From Escherichia phage vB-Eco-KMB41: 41,822 nucleotides of DNA. The stretch is taken from sequence record OR539216.1. One strand, written 5' to 3'. The position numbers and the translations under genes were made by a program. Each line of letters starts with the position of its first letter. Positions within the stretch are counted from its first letter, which is position 1. This document shows positions 7,439 to 16,258 of this stretch, piece by piece. The notes under the pieces were generated by a model. That model was not told the DNA's origin. It ran no database searches and saw nothing but the letters and a program-made list of their open reading frames with translations.

Positions 7439-8255
7439 ACCCGAACGCGCCAGCCAGATCTCCCCCTATGCAAGCCCTCCCCGTCCTGTCGTAGCCGTAC
7501 AGGAAAACCTCGTCCGGGTCAGTGTAAACGAACCGGATCTCCCGATCGCCGTCGTAGATCGCCGAAGCCTGGACGGCGTTCATAGGCCGGAACGTCAGCC
7601 AGACCTCCGCCTCCCCTCGCGCCGCCACGTTCACGGCATGAGCCGGATCCGCCACGAGATACACCGGAGCGTCCGGCGCTGGGTGGATCAGTCCGACCGC
7701 GCCCCACGTTGGCCCGCCAGCGGCAAACACCACGGACCTGTCGGAGCCGATCTTCGCAACGTTGCACCACGGCCCCAGGGATCCCCCCAGTGGACGAGCG
7801 CATGGAACATACAGGAAGCCGTCCCGCATCGCGCCTTTAGCCATGACTCGCTCGACGTCCTCCGGGGAGAGTTCCCAGTCCTGCGCGGGCTTGTCCTGCT
7901 GCCGGGCATACTTGCGGGCCTCTTTGACGATCGTCTCCCGCTTCTCCGGGGTGAGTCCGCCTATCCAGTCGCCCAGGTCGTTGATCGCCTCGTTGAACGG
8001 CTGCGATCGGCTGGTCATAAACCAAAACATGCCATCACGAGCGCCACCGCACGAGCCGGAACAGTACCCGAAGCCCTCGGCCTTTTTCGTCTGCTGCTTA
8101 TGGCCCCAGCGAAAGCGATCGGTCCCGCCACAGATCGGGCATGGCTGGTGATTGCCGTTAAACGCCTTGCGGTCCCATCCACAGAGATCGAGGAGCGCCT
8201 GTTCCCATTTGCCGGGCATCGCCGCGAGAACGTCCTCTTTTTTATAAATTGCCAT
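7437..8255 (-). CDS. DNA primase (zinc-binding)
   Basis: N-terminal CPICGG...DRFRW zinc-ribbon typical of phage/plasmid primases plus a second Cys cluster; divergent from the helicase gene. Confidence 0.7.
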   Translation of the reverse strand: MAIYKKEDVLAAMPGKWEQALLDLCGWDRKAFNGNHQPCPICGGTDRFRWGHKQQTKKAEGFGYCSGSCGGARDGMFWFMTSRSQPFNEAINDLGDWIGGLTPEKRETIVKEARKYARQQDKPAQDWELSPEDVERVMAKGAMRDGFLYVPCARPLGGSLGPWCNVAKIGSDRSVVFAAGGPTWGAVGLIHPAPDAPVYLVADPAHAVNVAARGEAEVWLTFRPMNAVQASAIYDGDREIRFVYTDPDEVFLYGYDRTGRACIGGDLAGAFG

Positions 8256-8320
8256 CTTGCCCTCCGTTTCTTTCGCGGTTACTATAAATCATGCTTTAGT
8301 GATATTACAAGGGATAAACA

Positions 8321-10360
8321 ATGTTAATGACATTGGAAAAACAGATCGAGGCACTCGACCGGGACGCCATACTCCGCGCCCTCGGAGACATGCCTGTTAC
8401 ACCATACGATCACCAGTTCGTAGCATATGAGGCTTGCGCGGAGGCCATCCGTCGCTATCCTGGCCCGGTCATTGTGGACGCCGCCGTGAGTGCGGGTAAA
8501 ACCATCATGATCTCCATGCTGGCCCGCCGAATCAGGGATATGGGATTCCCCGCCATGATCCTGTCCCGTCAGGGGGAGATCATCGATCAGGACTTCGAGG
8601 AGTTGCGGAACTTCGGCGTAAACTCCTCGATCTACTGCGCCAGCCTGGGACGCAAGTCGGCACACTTCCCGATCGTCGTCGGCTCCGAGGGTACAGTGAT
8701 CGGAGGACTCCGCCCAGGTCAGGCCCTCGCCCATTACGCGCCGCTGTTCCTGCTGATCGATGAATGCCATCACGTCAACATTGAGGACCTGATCCGCTCA
8801 CAGGAGCGCATAGTCCCGGAGTACCTGCGCGACGATAAGGGGGAGATCATCCTTGACGGCTTCGGGGATCCGACCGTTATCGGAGAGCATAAGGGCGAGA
8901 CATACGAGGAGATGGTCGAGGCGGGCCGCGCCAGCTATACGATCATTATCCGCACGTTGCAGCAACGCGCCCGCGAGGTGTACGGGAAGGAACTCCGCAT
9001 TATCGGCTACACCGGGACGCCATACCGTGGCGTAGAGTCGATCATCCAGCCAGACCTCGAACAGCCCGGATTCTGGCGTAAAAAGGTCTGCGAGATCTCG
9101 ACGGAATACCTCGTAAGCGTCGGCGCTGTCGTTCCGACTCACTTCGGCCTGTCCAATCTCCACTATAACCTCGACCAGTGGCGATCGTCCGGCGAGGATG
9201 GCGTGAAGGAGTTCACGGACGCCGAAATGGACGCCATGCAAAAGGCGATCCTCAAAGAGAAAAAACTCACTCACGAGATCATGGCGGAGGTCTACGCCAT
9301 CGCACAGCACAGGAACGGCGTATTAGTGACGTGTGCGGGCGTGAGACACTGCAAACAGGCGGCGGAGGCCCTTCCCCCTGGTACGCCTTACGCCATCATC
9401 ACGGACGACACGACGGGCAAGAAGCGCATGGACATTTTGCGCCGCGCCAATACCGGGGAGATCAAGTTCATATTCCAGGTTAACGCCCTAACGACTGGCG
9501 TTAACGTCCCGTTCTGGGACACGTCGGTGATCCTGCGGAAGATAGGCTCCCTCACGCTCCTAACCCAGCTTTTAGGCCGTGGGATGCGAATCCTTAAGCC
9601 GTTCCATATCGCCGCCGGGGTGACGAAAGAGGATCACCTGGTGCTCGACTATGCCGGGACGCTGGACGAACTCGGATCCCTGTATTTCTCTCCGCTGCTG
9701 GAGGCATATCAGCACAGCGCCGACGAGAGCAAGGGGGAATTAGAGTTAGACTGTCCGAAGTGTCGCAAGGCGGGCCACCCTACGCTAAACGGCAAACACG
9801 CGCGACGCTGCCGCTACGTGGATCCAGACACTGGCGAACGCTGCGAACACTTTTTCCAGTTCATCACCTGCGACGACTGGAAGGACGCCAGCGGGCGGAA
9901 AGTGGTCCAGAAGGGATGCGGCGCACAAAACGACATCGTAGCGCGGATCTGTCGCTGCTGCGGGAACTCACTCGTAGATCCGAACAAGAACTTAAGCCGG
10001 ACGACCTACTCGCGGGACGACTACTACAACGTGAGGGACTTCCGCATGGAATTAGCGCGAGGGACTGGGGGGATCGCCTTCCGGTACGAACTGGAGAAGG
10101 ACGGGGACCAGTTTGTGGCGTGGCAAGTATTCTGGCCCGGTAGCGATAGCCCACAGGCGAAAAAGGAATGGCTCCATAATGGCATCCTTAAGCACGTACT
10201 GGACGGCAAGAAGCGGGCGGACATTAAGAAGCTACGGACGCCCCAGGAGGTCCTCGCGTATGCGCCTTACTTCATGGCTCCACTGAAAGTTACCCACCGG
10301 AAGATCGGCAAGGGTAAAGACGTTATATCAAACAAAATCTTTATGAATGAGGGTTTCTAA
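8321..10360 (+). CDS. superfamily-2 DNA helicase (DEAH-type) with C-terminal Cys-rich zinc-finger domain
   Basis: Walker A SAGKT, DEAH-like LLIDECHH, helicase C-terminal motifs (TGVNVP, LLGRGMR); C-terminal CPKC...CRCC clusters. Confidence 0.85.
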   Translation: MLMTLEKQIEALDRDAILRALGDMPVTPYDHQFVAYEACAEAIRRYPGPVIVDAAVSAGKTIMISMLARRIRDMGFPAMILSRQGEIIDQDFEELRNFGVNSSIYCASLGRKSAHFPIVVGSEGTVIGGLRPGQALAHYAPLFLLIDECHHVNIEDLIRSQERIVPEYLRDDKGEIILDGFGDPTVIGEHKGETYEEMVEAGRASYTIIIRTLQQRAREVYGKELRIIGYTGTPYRGVESIIQPDLEQPGFWRKKVCEISTEYLVSVGAVVPTHFGLSNLHYNLDQWRSSGEDGVKEFTDAEMDAMQKAILKEKKLTHEIMAEVYAIAQHRNGVLVTCAGVRHCKQAAEALPPGTPYAIITDDTTGKKRMDILRRANTGEIKFIFQVNALTTGVNVPFWDTSVILRKIGSLTLLTQLLGRGMRILKPFHIAAGVTKEDHLVLDYAGTLDELGSLYFSPLLEAYQHSADESKGELELDCPKCRKAGHPTLNGKHARRCRYVDPDTGERCEHFFQFITCDDWKDASGRKVVQKGCGAQNDIVARICRCCGNSLVDPNKNLSRTTYSRDDYYNVRDFRMELARGTGGIAFRYELEKDGDQFVAWQVFWPGSDSPQAKKEWLHNGILKHVLDGKKRADIKKLRTPQEVLAYAPYFMAPLKVTHRKIGKGKDVISNKIFMNEGF

Positions 10361-10361
10361 C

Positions 10362-10829
10362 ATGGCGATATTGAATAAAAAGACTGATTTCTGGCGCGAG
10401 TTTTACCCGGACCACATTCCGAGCTATTGCCCCCACGAGGACGTCGAACAGCAAAACATGGCGAGCAATATCCGGGAGATCTACGGCGATCCTCTGACTG
10501 ATCCCGACGCGCTTCTGGCGTTCCACCCAGTGAACGAGAGCGGGGCCAGTGGAGATCCTCGCTACGGGGCGAAGTTAAACGCGCTCGGACGGCTCGCCGG
10601 GATCTCTGACTGGGTTTTCCTGGAGCCTCGCGGCGGCTATGGCTTCGCGCTGATCGAGTTGAAACGGAATACCCGGAGCAAGTCCCGACTGAGCGCCGAC
10701 CAGAAAGCGGTCTTAGAACGGGCGCGGGCGCGTGGTGGCTGGACTGCTGTCGCGTGGGGCTGCGAGGCTGGTCTGGCTGCACTGGAGTATTATCTTAAAT
10801 TACCTGTTGCAAACATCACGAAAGAATGA
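10362..10829 (+). CDS. VRR-NUC domain nuclease
   Basis: Conserved D...ELK...LS..Q core (SDWVFLEP...ALIELKRNT...LSADQKAV) characteristic of VRR-NUC; the ORF track start at 10347 would overlap the helicase. Confidence 0.75.
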   Translation: MAILNKKTDFWREFYPDHIPSYCPHEDVEQQNMASNIREIYGDPLTDPDALLAFHPVNESGASGDPRYGAKLNALGRLAGISDWVFLEPRGGYGFALIELKRNTRSKSRLSADQKAVLERARARGGWTAVAWGCEAGLAALEYYLKLPVANITKE

Positions 10830-10835
10830 TTTAAT

Positions 10836-10865
10836 CCCTCTCACATTCACCAGTGAGAGGGTTTT
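10836..10865 (+). terminator. Hairpin CCCTCTCAC-loop-GTGAGAGGG + TTTT (weak terminator or attenuator)
   Basis: Perfect 9-bp stem between the VRR-NUC stop and the exonuclease start. Confidence 0.45.
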
Positions 10866-10868
10866 ACA

Positions 10869-11909
10869 ATGCAAACGAACGGCCTGATCCCGGCGCTTCC
10901 ATCCTACGACATAGGGGCTTCGATGTTTATCGACGCCAGGAGCGCCGACCAGCTTACTAACGAGCAATACCACGAGGACGAGATCTACATTACCGGGTCA
11001 AGCCTCTGGACCATCTACAGCAAATGTCCCGCCGCGTGGCGCTTCCAGAAGGCACAGGAAGCCGCAACAAAAAAACTGAATGCCGCCCAGAAGCCGCTCA
11101 CGTTCGGGACGACTTCCCACACGATGTTACTTGAGCCGGAGCGCTTCGAACGCGAGTTTATGCGTCTGCCTAACCCGGACGACTTCCCCGGCCTGATCAC
11201 CTCAATGTCCGGCATGACGTCATGGTTAAAGGAGCGCGGTCAGAAGGGCTACTCCAATAAAACCGCCGCCGAACTGATCGAGATGTGTCGCGCCATTCAG
11301 GCCCCGGACGAGGTTCTCCACATCTGGCACGAGATCGAGGCGAAGGCCATCGCGGAGGCGAACGGTCGCGAGATCGTCCCGGCGAAGGACTGGGACCGCG
11401 TTCACTCAATGCGTGACGTTCTGCTGGTAAACCACAATTACCGCCGGATCATCGAAACGGGCCTCCCGGAGTTGTCGCTGTTCTGCGTGATCGATGGCGT
11501 CCCGGTTAAGGTCCGTCTGGACCGCGTGACCGATACCGGGGAGATCATCGACTACAAGACCACGCAAAGCGCGGAGCCGGAGAAGTTCGGGCGTCTGGCT
11601 CACGATTTGGGCTACTGGTGCAAAATGGCGTTACAGCATGACTGTTTTAAGCTGGCCTACCAGCAGGATCCGGCGGGGACTAAATTACTCGTTCAGGAAA
11701 AAGACGAGCCGTGGCTGGCCCTCATGAATCGCCTTACGCCGGAGCAAATTATGATCGGTCGTATGCAATACAAGACGGCGCTCCAGGTCCTCAAACACTG
11801 CCGCGAGCGCGACGTCTGGCCCGCTTATGCAAACGGTCAGGAGGAGATCCCGCTGTCCACTCCGGCCTATTTACAACAACGTTACAAAGAATATTTTAAG
11901 GAGATTTGA
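10869..11909 (+). CDS. PD-(D/E)xK recombination exonuclease (RecB/Cas4-like fold)
   Basis: Nuclease core with D...(E/D)xK pattern (LDRVTDTGEIIDYKTTQ) and position directly upstream of Erf. Confidence 0.7.
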   Translation: MQTNGLIPALPSYDIGASMFIDARSADQLTNEQYHEDEIYITGSSLWTIYSKCPAAWRFQKAQEAATKKLNAAQKPLTFGTTSHTMLLEPERFEREFMRLPNPDDFPGLITSMSGMTSWLKERGQKGYSNKTAAELIEMCRAIQAPDEVLHIWHEIEAKAIAEANGREIVPAKDWDRVHSMRDVLLVNHNYRRIIETGLPELSLFCVIDGVPVKVRLDRVTDTGEIIDYKTTQSAEPEKFGRLAHDLGYWCKMALQHDCFKLAYQQDPAGTKLLVQEKDEPWLALMNRLTPEQIMIGRMQYKTALQVLKHCRERDVWPAYANGQEEIPLSTPAYLQQRYKEYFKEI

Positions 11910-11911
11910 TC

Positions 11912-12634
11912 ATGGTATTTTCTGAATCACGCGCCGCAATTGTCCCGGCAATGGTTAAGGCCCGAATCGCTATGATGTCGGAAGCCAAAAAGAACACGCA
12001 AAATAATCACCTTAATAACTGGTATGCGGATCTTGGATCGTTCCTGTCCACAATCCGCCCGGCGCTGGAGTCGAACGGTCTGATCGTCGTTCAGACGCCT
12101 ATGCCCTGCACTGAAAAAAATAACATGCTCGTGTTACCGCTGGAGACGATGGTCCTCCACGAGTCCGGCGAGTTCATGACCGCCGTTATGGAAATGCCTC
12201 TCTCGTTCGGCAAGGGCGCGGCGGCTCACTCTGTCGGCTCGGCGATCACCTATGCCCGACGCTATCACCTGGCGGCGCTGTTCGGCATCACCCAGGCAGA
12301 CGACGACGGCAACGCGACGAAGAAAACCGCCCGCCAGTGGATCGCAGATCTCGAAGGGATCGAGGACGTGGCGAAGCTGGACGAAGCCGTGGGGAAAGTG
12401 GTCCACGCGCTGGCAGACGATCAGGCATCCGTGAAGGTTGTCCGCGACTGGCATATTTCCCGCAAAGCGGCATTGCGAGCCAGCGAGGCGAAAGGCTTTA
12501 GCCCTGCCTCGGTTGTTAAACAGAAAAAAGGCGCTGATAATGCCCCGGCAAAAGAACAGCCCGCCGCCCCGGTAGAGCCTCAAAAGGACGAAGCCCCGGC
12601 GGCGGAAGATAAACCGAATATTGAGGACTTTTAA
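11912..12634 (+). CDS. erf: Erf-family single-strand annealing protein
   Basis: Erf signature region ([15 protein letters not shown]) and acidic/Pro-rich C-terminal tail; ATG at 11912 preceded by AAGGAGA. Confidence 0.8.
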   Translation: MVFSESRAAIVPAMVKARIAMMSEAKKNTQNNHLNNWYADLGSFLSTIRPALESNGLIVVQTPMPCTEKNNMLVLPLETMVLHESGEFMTAVMEMPLSFGKGAAAHSVGSAITYARRYHLAALFGITQADDDGNATKKTARQWIADLEGIEDVAKLDEAVGKVVHALADDQASVKVVRDWHISRKAALRASEAKGFSPASVVKQKKGADNAPAKEQPAAPVEPQKDEAPAAEDKPNIEDF

Positions 12635-12636
12635 GC

Positions 12637-13185
12637 ATGGCATCACGCGGCGTTAACAAGGTGATTCTGGTTGGCAATTTGGGCCAGGATCCCGAAGTGC
12701 GTTATATGCCGTCGGGTGGAGCGGTGGCGAACATCACGATCGCCACCTCTGAATCCTGGCGCGACAAGCAAACGGGCGAACAGAAAGAACAGACGGAATG
12801 GCATCGCGTCGTTCTGTTCGGGAAGCTGGCGGAGGTCGCCGGGGAGTACCTGAAAAAAGGCTCACAGGTTTACATTGAGGGCCAGCTTAGGACGCGCAAG
12901 TGGACGGACCAAAGCGGCGCGGAGAAATACACGACTGAGGTCGTCGTGAACGTCGGCGGCACTATGCAAATGCTCGGCGGGAAGCGTGAAGGTGGTCAGT
13001 CTGGGGGGAACGGACCTACCCACTCCGGCGGCGGTGGCAATTCTCGCAATTCTCCGGGCCGTGGCGCGACGAACTCGCAAAATCCGGGCAAGGGTAGCGG
13101 GTCAGGGTCTGCGCCTCGTGGTGGCTCTCCTGCTGCGTCTGGTGGCGAGCCTCCCCTGGACTTTGACGACGACATACCTTTTTAA
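12637..13185 (+). CDS. ssb: single-stranded DNA-binding protein
   Basis: Canonical OB-fold SSB N-terminus ([41 protein letters not shown]), Gly-rich linker and acidic C-terminal tip DDDIPF. Confidence 0.95.
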   Translation: MASRGVNKVILVGNLGQDPEVRYMPSGGAVANITIATSESWRDKQTGEQKEQTEWHRVVLFGKLAEVAGEYLKKGSQVYIEGQLRTRKWTDQSGAEKYTTEVVVNVGGTMQMLGGKREGGQSGGNGPTHSGGGGNSRNSPGRGATNSQNPGKGSGSGSAPRGGSPAASGGEPPLDFDDDIPF

Positions 13186-13192
13186 CAGGTGA

Positions 13193-13206
13193 GGCCCTTC
13201 GGGGCC
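13193..13206 (+). promoter_or_regulatory. Intercistronic GC hairpin with UUCG tetraloop (GGCCC-TTCG-GGGCC), second copy
   Basis: Identical hairpin to 407..422, again followed by CCCAGGAGC SD and an ATG (13229). Confidence 0.45.
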
Positions 13207-13228
13207 GATCCTCCCAGGAGCCGACGAG

Positions 13229-13669
13229 ATGAAACAATGCGCCATCTGTCAGACGGTCAAGCCTCTGGAGGACTTCCACAGGAACAAGCGGACGAAGGAC
13301 GGGCGGGATTGCCGTTGTAAGGTCTGCAAGGGGCAAAAGTACCGCGAGTATTACCACGGCGATCCATCCCGGAAGGAGAGGATCATCGCGAACGTTAAGA
13401 CATATCAGGCGGGGCCGGGACGCGAGAAGGCGAACGCCACAAAGTCCCACTATCAGGAGCGCCACCCTAAGAAGCGAAAGGCCCATAATCTGGTCCGTAA
13501 TGCTCTGAGGCGCGGAGAACTCCACAGGGGGCCGTGTGAGGTGTGCGGAGCCGACAAGGTAGTGGGCCACCATGACGACTATGATCGCCCGTTAGCGGTC
13601 CGCTGGTTGTGCGAGAGGCATCATAAAGAGTGGCATCTGGTCCACGGTGAAGCGCTTAACCCGGATTGA
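13229..13669 (+). CDS. HNH endonuclease
   Basis: N-terminal CxxC...CxxC zinc finger and C-terminal HNH core (CEVCG...HHDDYDRP...WLCERHHKEWH). Confidence 0.8.
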   Translation: MKQCAICQTVKPLEDFHRNKRTKDGRDCRCKVCKGQKYREYYHGDPSRKERIIANVKTYQAGPGREKANATKSHYQERHPKKRKAHNLVRNALRRGELHRGPCEVCGADKVVGHHDDYDRPLAVRWLCERHHKEWHLVHGEALNPD

Positions 13670-13716
13670 TTGCTTTTAGATAACGGTTTAATGAATAATC
13701 ACGGAGACGTTAACCA

Positions 13717-13950
13717 ATGAAGGAGCCTAACATGGCAGAATTAAAGGCCGTTTGCCTCGTGAAGCAAGTCCGAGAAGCGAAAGGCATCCAGCAGAAAGAT
13801 TTAGCGGAGCGAATCGGCATGATCCCGCATCAGTTGAGCCGCTACGAAAACGGGCACGAATTGCCATCTGTAACTAACCTCTGCCGGATCGCGAAGGCGC
13901 TCGACGTCTCGATCGCGGATCTGATTGAAACAGGAGTAAACCACGATTAA
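13717..13950 (+). CDS. helix-turn-helix transcriptional regulator (XRE/Cro-like)
   Basis: HTH signature QKDLAERIGMIPHQLSRYENG and LCRIAKALDVSIADL; alternative start at 13732 has AAGGAG SD. Confidence 0.75.
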   Translation: MKEPNMAELKAVCLVKQVREAKGIQQKDLAERIGMIPHQLSRYENGHELPSVTNLCRIAKALDVSIADLIETGVNHD

Positions 13951-13982
13951 CGAATTGTTAAACTCGTATCGAGGTACAAAGA

Positions 13983-14010
13983 GAAGGGGCCAATTAAGGC
14001 CCCTTTTTTT
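13983..14010. terminator. Bidirectional rho-independent terminator (GGGGCC-AATTAA-GGCCCC + T7)
   Basis: Perfect GC stem with T-run on plus side and T-rich tract on minus side, between the convergent HTH and tailspike genes. Confidence 0.8.
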
Positions 14011-16219
14011 ATGCTGGCGTCCTGAATTGGATCGGTTTCGCCGCTGCGAGTTGCGTCCCCGCCGGGGTCGCCGTCACGATAGCGTCCGCGATATCGATCG
14101 TTACCGGGGCCGTGGAGTTGCTCGGCGGCGTCTGGTACGGTCCGCGAGTGATGCGGGTCGAGAGGTTCGCGCCACCAGCGCCAGCGCCGGGGATGATGAT
14201 CCTCGTGCCAGGGGAGAGCGGGTTCCCGAACAGCCACGGGCGGGAGGTTTCGTTCGCGATCGGGGTCACGTTACAGATCAGCTTTTTGTCGCCGACTGCG
14301 GTCGCCGCGATCTTGAAATTATCCGTCGCCGGGATGTACGCCCCGGAGGCCGTCACGGTGAAGATCTTCCCATCCTCGCGCACAATCAGATCGCCCGCCA
14401 TAAACTCCTTACCAGTCGGGAACGCGTTACCATCCCACGCTCCGCTCGATCCCTTGTTGATGTAGGTCCGGTTGGAGTTGGTCATGATGGCCCCGATGCC
14501 TCCCGCGATGCCCTGGGGAGGATATGGGGTGGCGATCACGTTGGAGCCGATGCTCTCAATGTCGGAGTAGGAACACTTACTCCACGCCTGATCGCCGTAG
14601 CCGTTCACGTCGATCGCGTTCACGTTGATCATACGGAGGCGAGAGAGGCCACGCGTCACGAAGCCGTCCGAGGTGGTCCCGCCGCTGGAGTCATCGCCGA
14701 CCGCATCGAACGAGCGGCAAGAGATATTCGACATTTCCAGCAGGGACGCCACGCCGAACAGGGAGAGCGTATAACAGTCGATGTTTTCGAATACCATCCG
14801 GTTTTCGAAGCCATTCCCCGCCGCCACGCCAGCGTAAACGCGTCCGTATTTGGTGTGGACGTTACGGACCGTCATATCAAAGCAAGGGTTAGACGGTGCG
14901 CCAGCAGTCACGCCCCACTCCAGCATAACCATGCGGAGAGAGTGGACGTCGGTCGATCCGGTTGCCACTGGCTCGCCGCTCACGCCGTCGATCGTGATGC
15001 GTTTGCAGCCATAACAGACCACTCCCCCCACGGTCAGGCCGGAGCCGACGCCGTAGCCCATATCCGGGTTTACATCGACATTGGTCACGGTACAGTCGCG
15101 CGCGACTTCCAGGTGGACACATTGGCGGCAACGGACGGCGGTCACGTTGGTGATCGTAACGTTCTTCGCGTATTGGCTGTCCGGGATATCCCAGCCATAC
15201 GGGCCTTGTCCGGCGATACCGATCCCGATGCCCCACGAAGGGTTAGCGGAGCCGATGGTGTCCAGTTGGATCCCGTCAATCAAACAGCCTTCATCGTAGT
15301 GCTTCTGGACCACGTTAAGCTCGATCCCGTCGCCGTCCATTTTGTAGAACGAAAGGTTACGATAAACGCCGCGCGTTACTGGCTCCCCGGTCCCCTGCTG
15401 CAAGATGCCGTAAAGGCCATTTTTGAACTCGCACTCCGTGACCTCGATCGTCCCGGTTTTCGGGTTAGCCTGGAGAACAATCGATCCCACTTTGGACGCG
15501 GTAGGCTTGCCGTCAAACAGGCAGTCACGGATCCGCACATCACCGCCCCAGAAGCGAACGCGCAAATTATTGATCGTCGCGCCCTTGAGGATTGAGCCAT
15601 CCAGGAAAAAGTCCGCCGTCCCTTTCCACGTACCGCCCATGATCAGGATGTTCTCGGCGGTCACATTGCCGTCGAGGGTCCCGGTCCAGCCCACCGCGTT
15701 AACCGCGAGTTTCTGGGCCTCTGCCGTGTCAAACATCGTCTGAATCGCTGCGGACACGCTGGTGAATGGCGCTTTACCCACGAACTGGAAAGGCGTCAGC
15801 CAGCCCTGGATCGACTCCTTCACGTTGCCGTAAGTGGTCCCGACGTACTCCCACCCAGTCGGCGAGGTGAGAAGGTTCCACATCTGCACAGGGTCATACT
15901 TGAACAGGTTCGCAAAATAGAACTGCTCGACGTCGTTCCGGTCTAAAACCTTCATGGACGATTCGATCTTGGTGATCAGCTTGACTACTTGACCGTTCCA
16001 GACCGGATAGCCGGAGACGTTGGTCCTGATCGGCTGAGGGATCGGCGTCAGAGTTCCGTCCTCGTCCTCGACAAAGACCTGAGTCTGGTTAGCCGGGTTT
16101 AATGGGTCGGTGTCCTTCACGCCGATATAAATTTTCCCATCCACCAGCGCCGCGAAACGGTCCAGGCGGAGGAAAGGCGTCGAAGGCATACCAATATCAG
16201 CGTATACGTCGCGGGCCAT
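14009..16219 (-). CDS. tailspike protein (P22 gp9-like N-terminal head-binding domain + distinct beta-helix receptor-binding body)
   Basis: N-terminus matches P22 tailspike as recalled (DGKIYIGVKDTDPLNPANQ...YDP); remainder is Gly/Asn/Thr-rich like parallel beta-helix enzymes. Start set at second ATG (GGAGA SD); ORF track start is 16231. Confidence 0.85.
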   Translation of the reverse strand: MARDVYADIGMPSTPFLRLDRFAALVDGKIYIGVKDTDPLNPANQTQVFVEDEDGTLTPIPQPIRTNVSGYPVWNGQVVKLITKIESSMKVLDRNDVEQFYFANLFKYDPVQMWNLLTSPTGWEYVGTTYGNVKESIQGWLTPFQFVGKAPFTSVSAAIQTMFDTAEAQKLAVNAVGWTGTLDGNVTAENILIMGGTWKGTADFFLDGSILKGATINNLRVRFWGGDVRIRDCLFDGKPTASKVGSIVLQANPKTGTIEVTECEFKNGLYGILQQGTGEPVTRGVYRNLSFYKMDGDGIELNVVQKHYDEGCLIDGIQLDTIGSANPSWGIGIGIAGQGPYGWDIPDSQYAKNVTITNVTAVRCRQCVHLEVARDCTVTNVDVNPDMGYGVGSGLTVGGVVCYGCKRITIDGVSGEPVATGSTDVHSLRMVMLEWGVTAGAPSNPCFDMTVRNVHTKYGRVYAGVAAGNGFENRMVFENIDCYTLSLFGVASLLEMSNISCRSFDAVGDDSSGGTTSDGFVTRGLSRLRMINVNAIDVNGYGDQAWSKCSYSDIESIGSNVIATPYPPQGIAGGIGAIMTNSNRTYINKGSSGAWDGNAFPTGKEFMAGDLIVREDGKIFTVTASGAYIPATDNFKIAATAVGDKKLICNVTPIANETSRPWLFGNPLSPGTRIIIPGAGAGGANLSTRITRGPYQTPPSNSTAPVTIDIADAIVTATPAGTQLAAAKPIQFRTPA

Positions 16220-16231
16220 TGTGATCTCCAT

Positions 16232-16258
16232 GAGAAAGGGGGCTTATCGCCCCCGTTG
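16232..16258 (-). promoter_or_regulatory. Intergenic hairpin GGGGGC-loop-GCCCCC upstream of tailspike
   Basis: GC stem-loop between the ejection-protein stop and tailspike start, followed (minus sense) by TTTCTC. Confidence 0.35.

Noticed and set aside
13955-15595. 546-aa plus-strand ORF antisense to the tailspike gene
   Set aside because: Arg/Gly/Asp/Val-rich composition typical of antisense frames in GC-rich DNA, no SD, and fully overlapped by a gene with clear homology.
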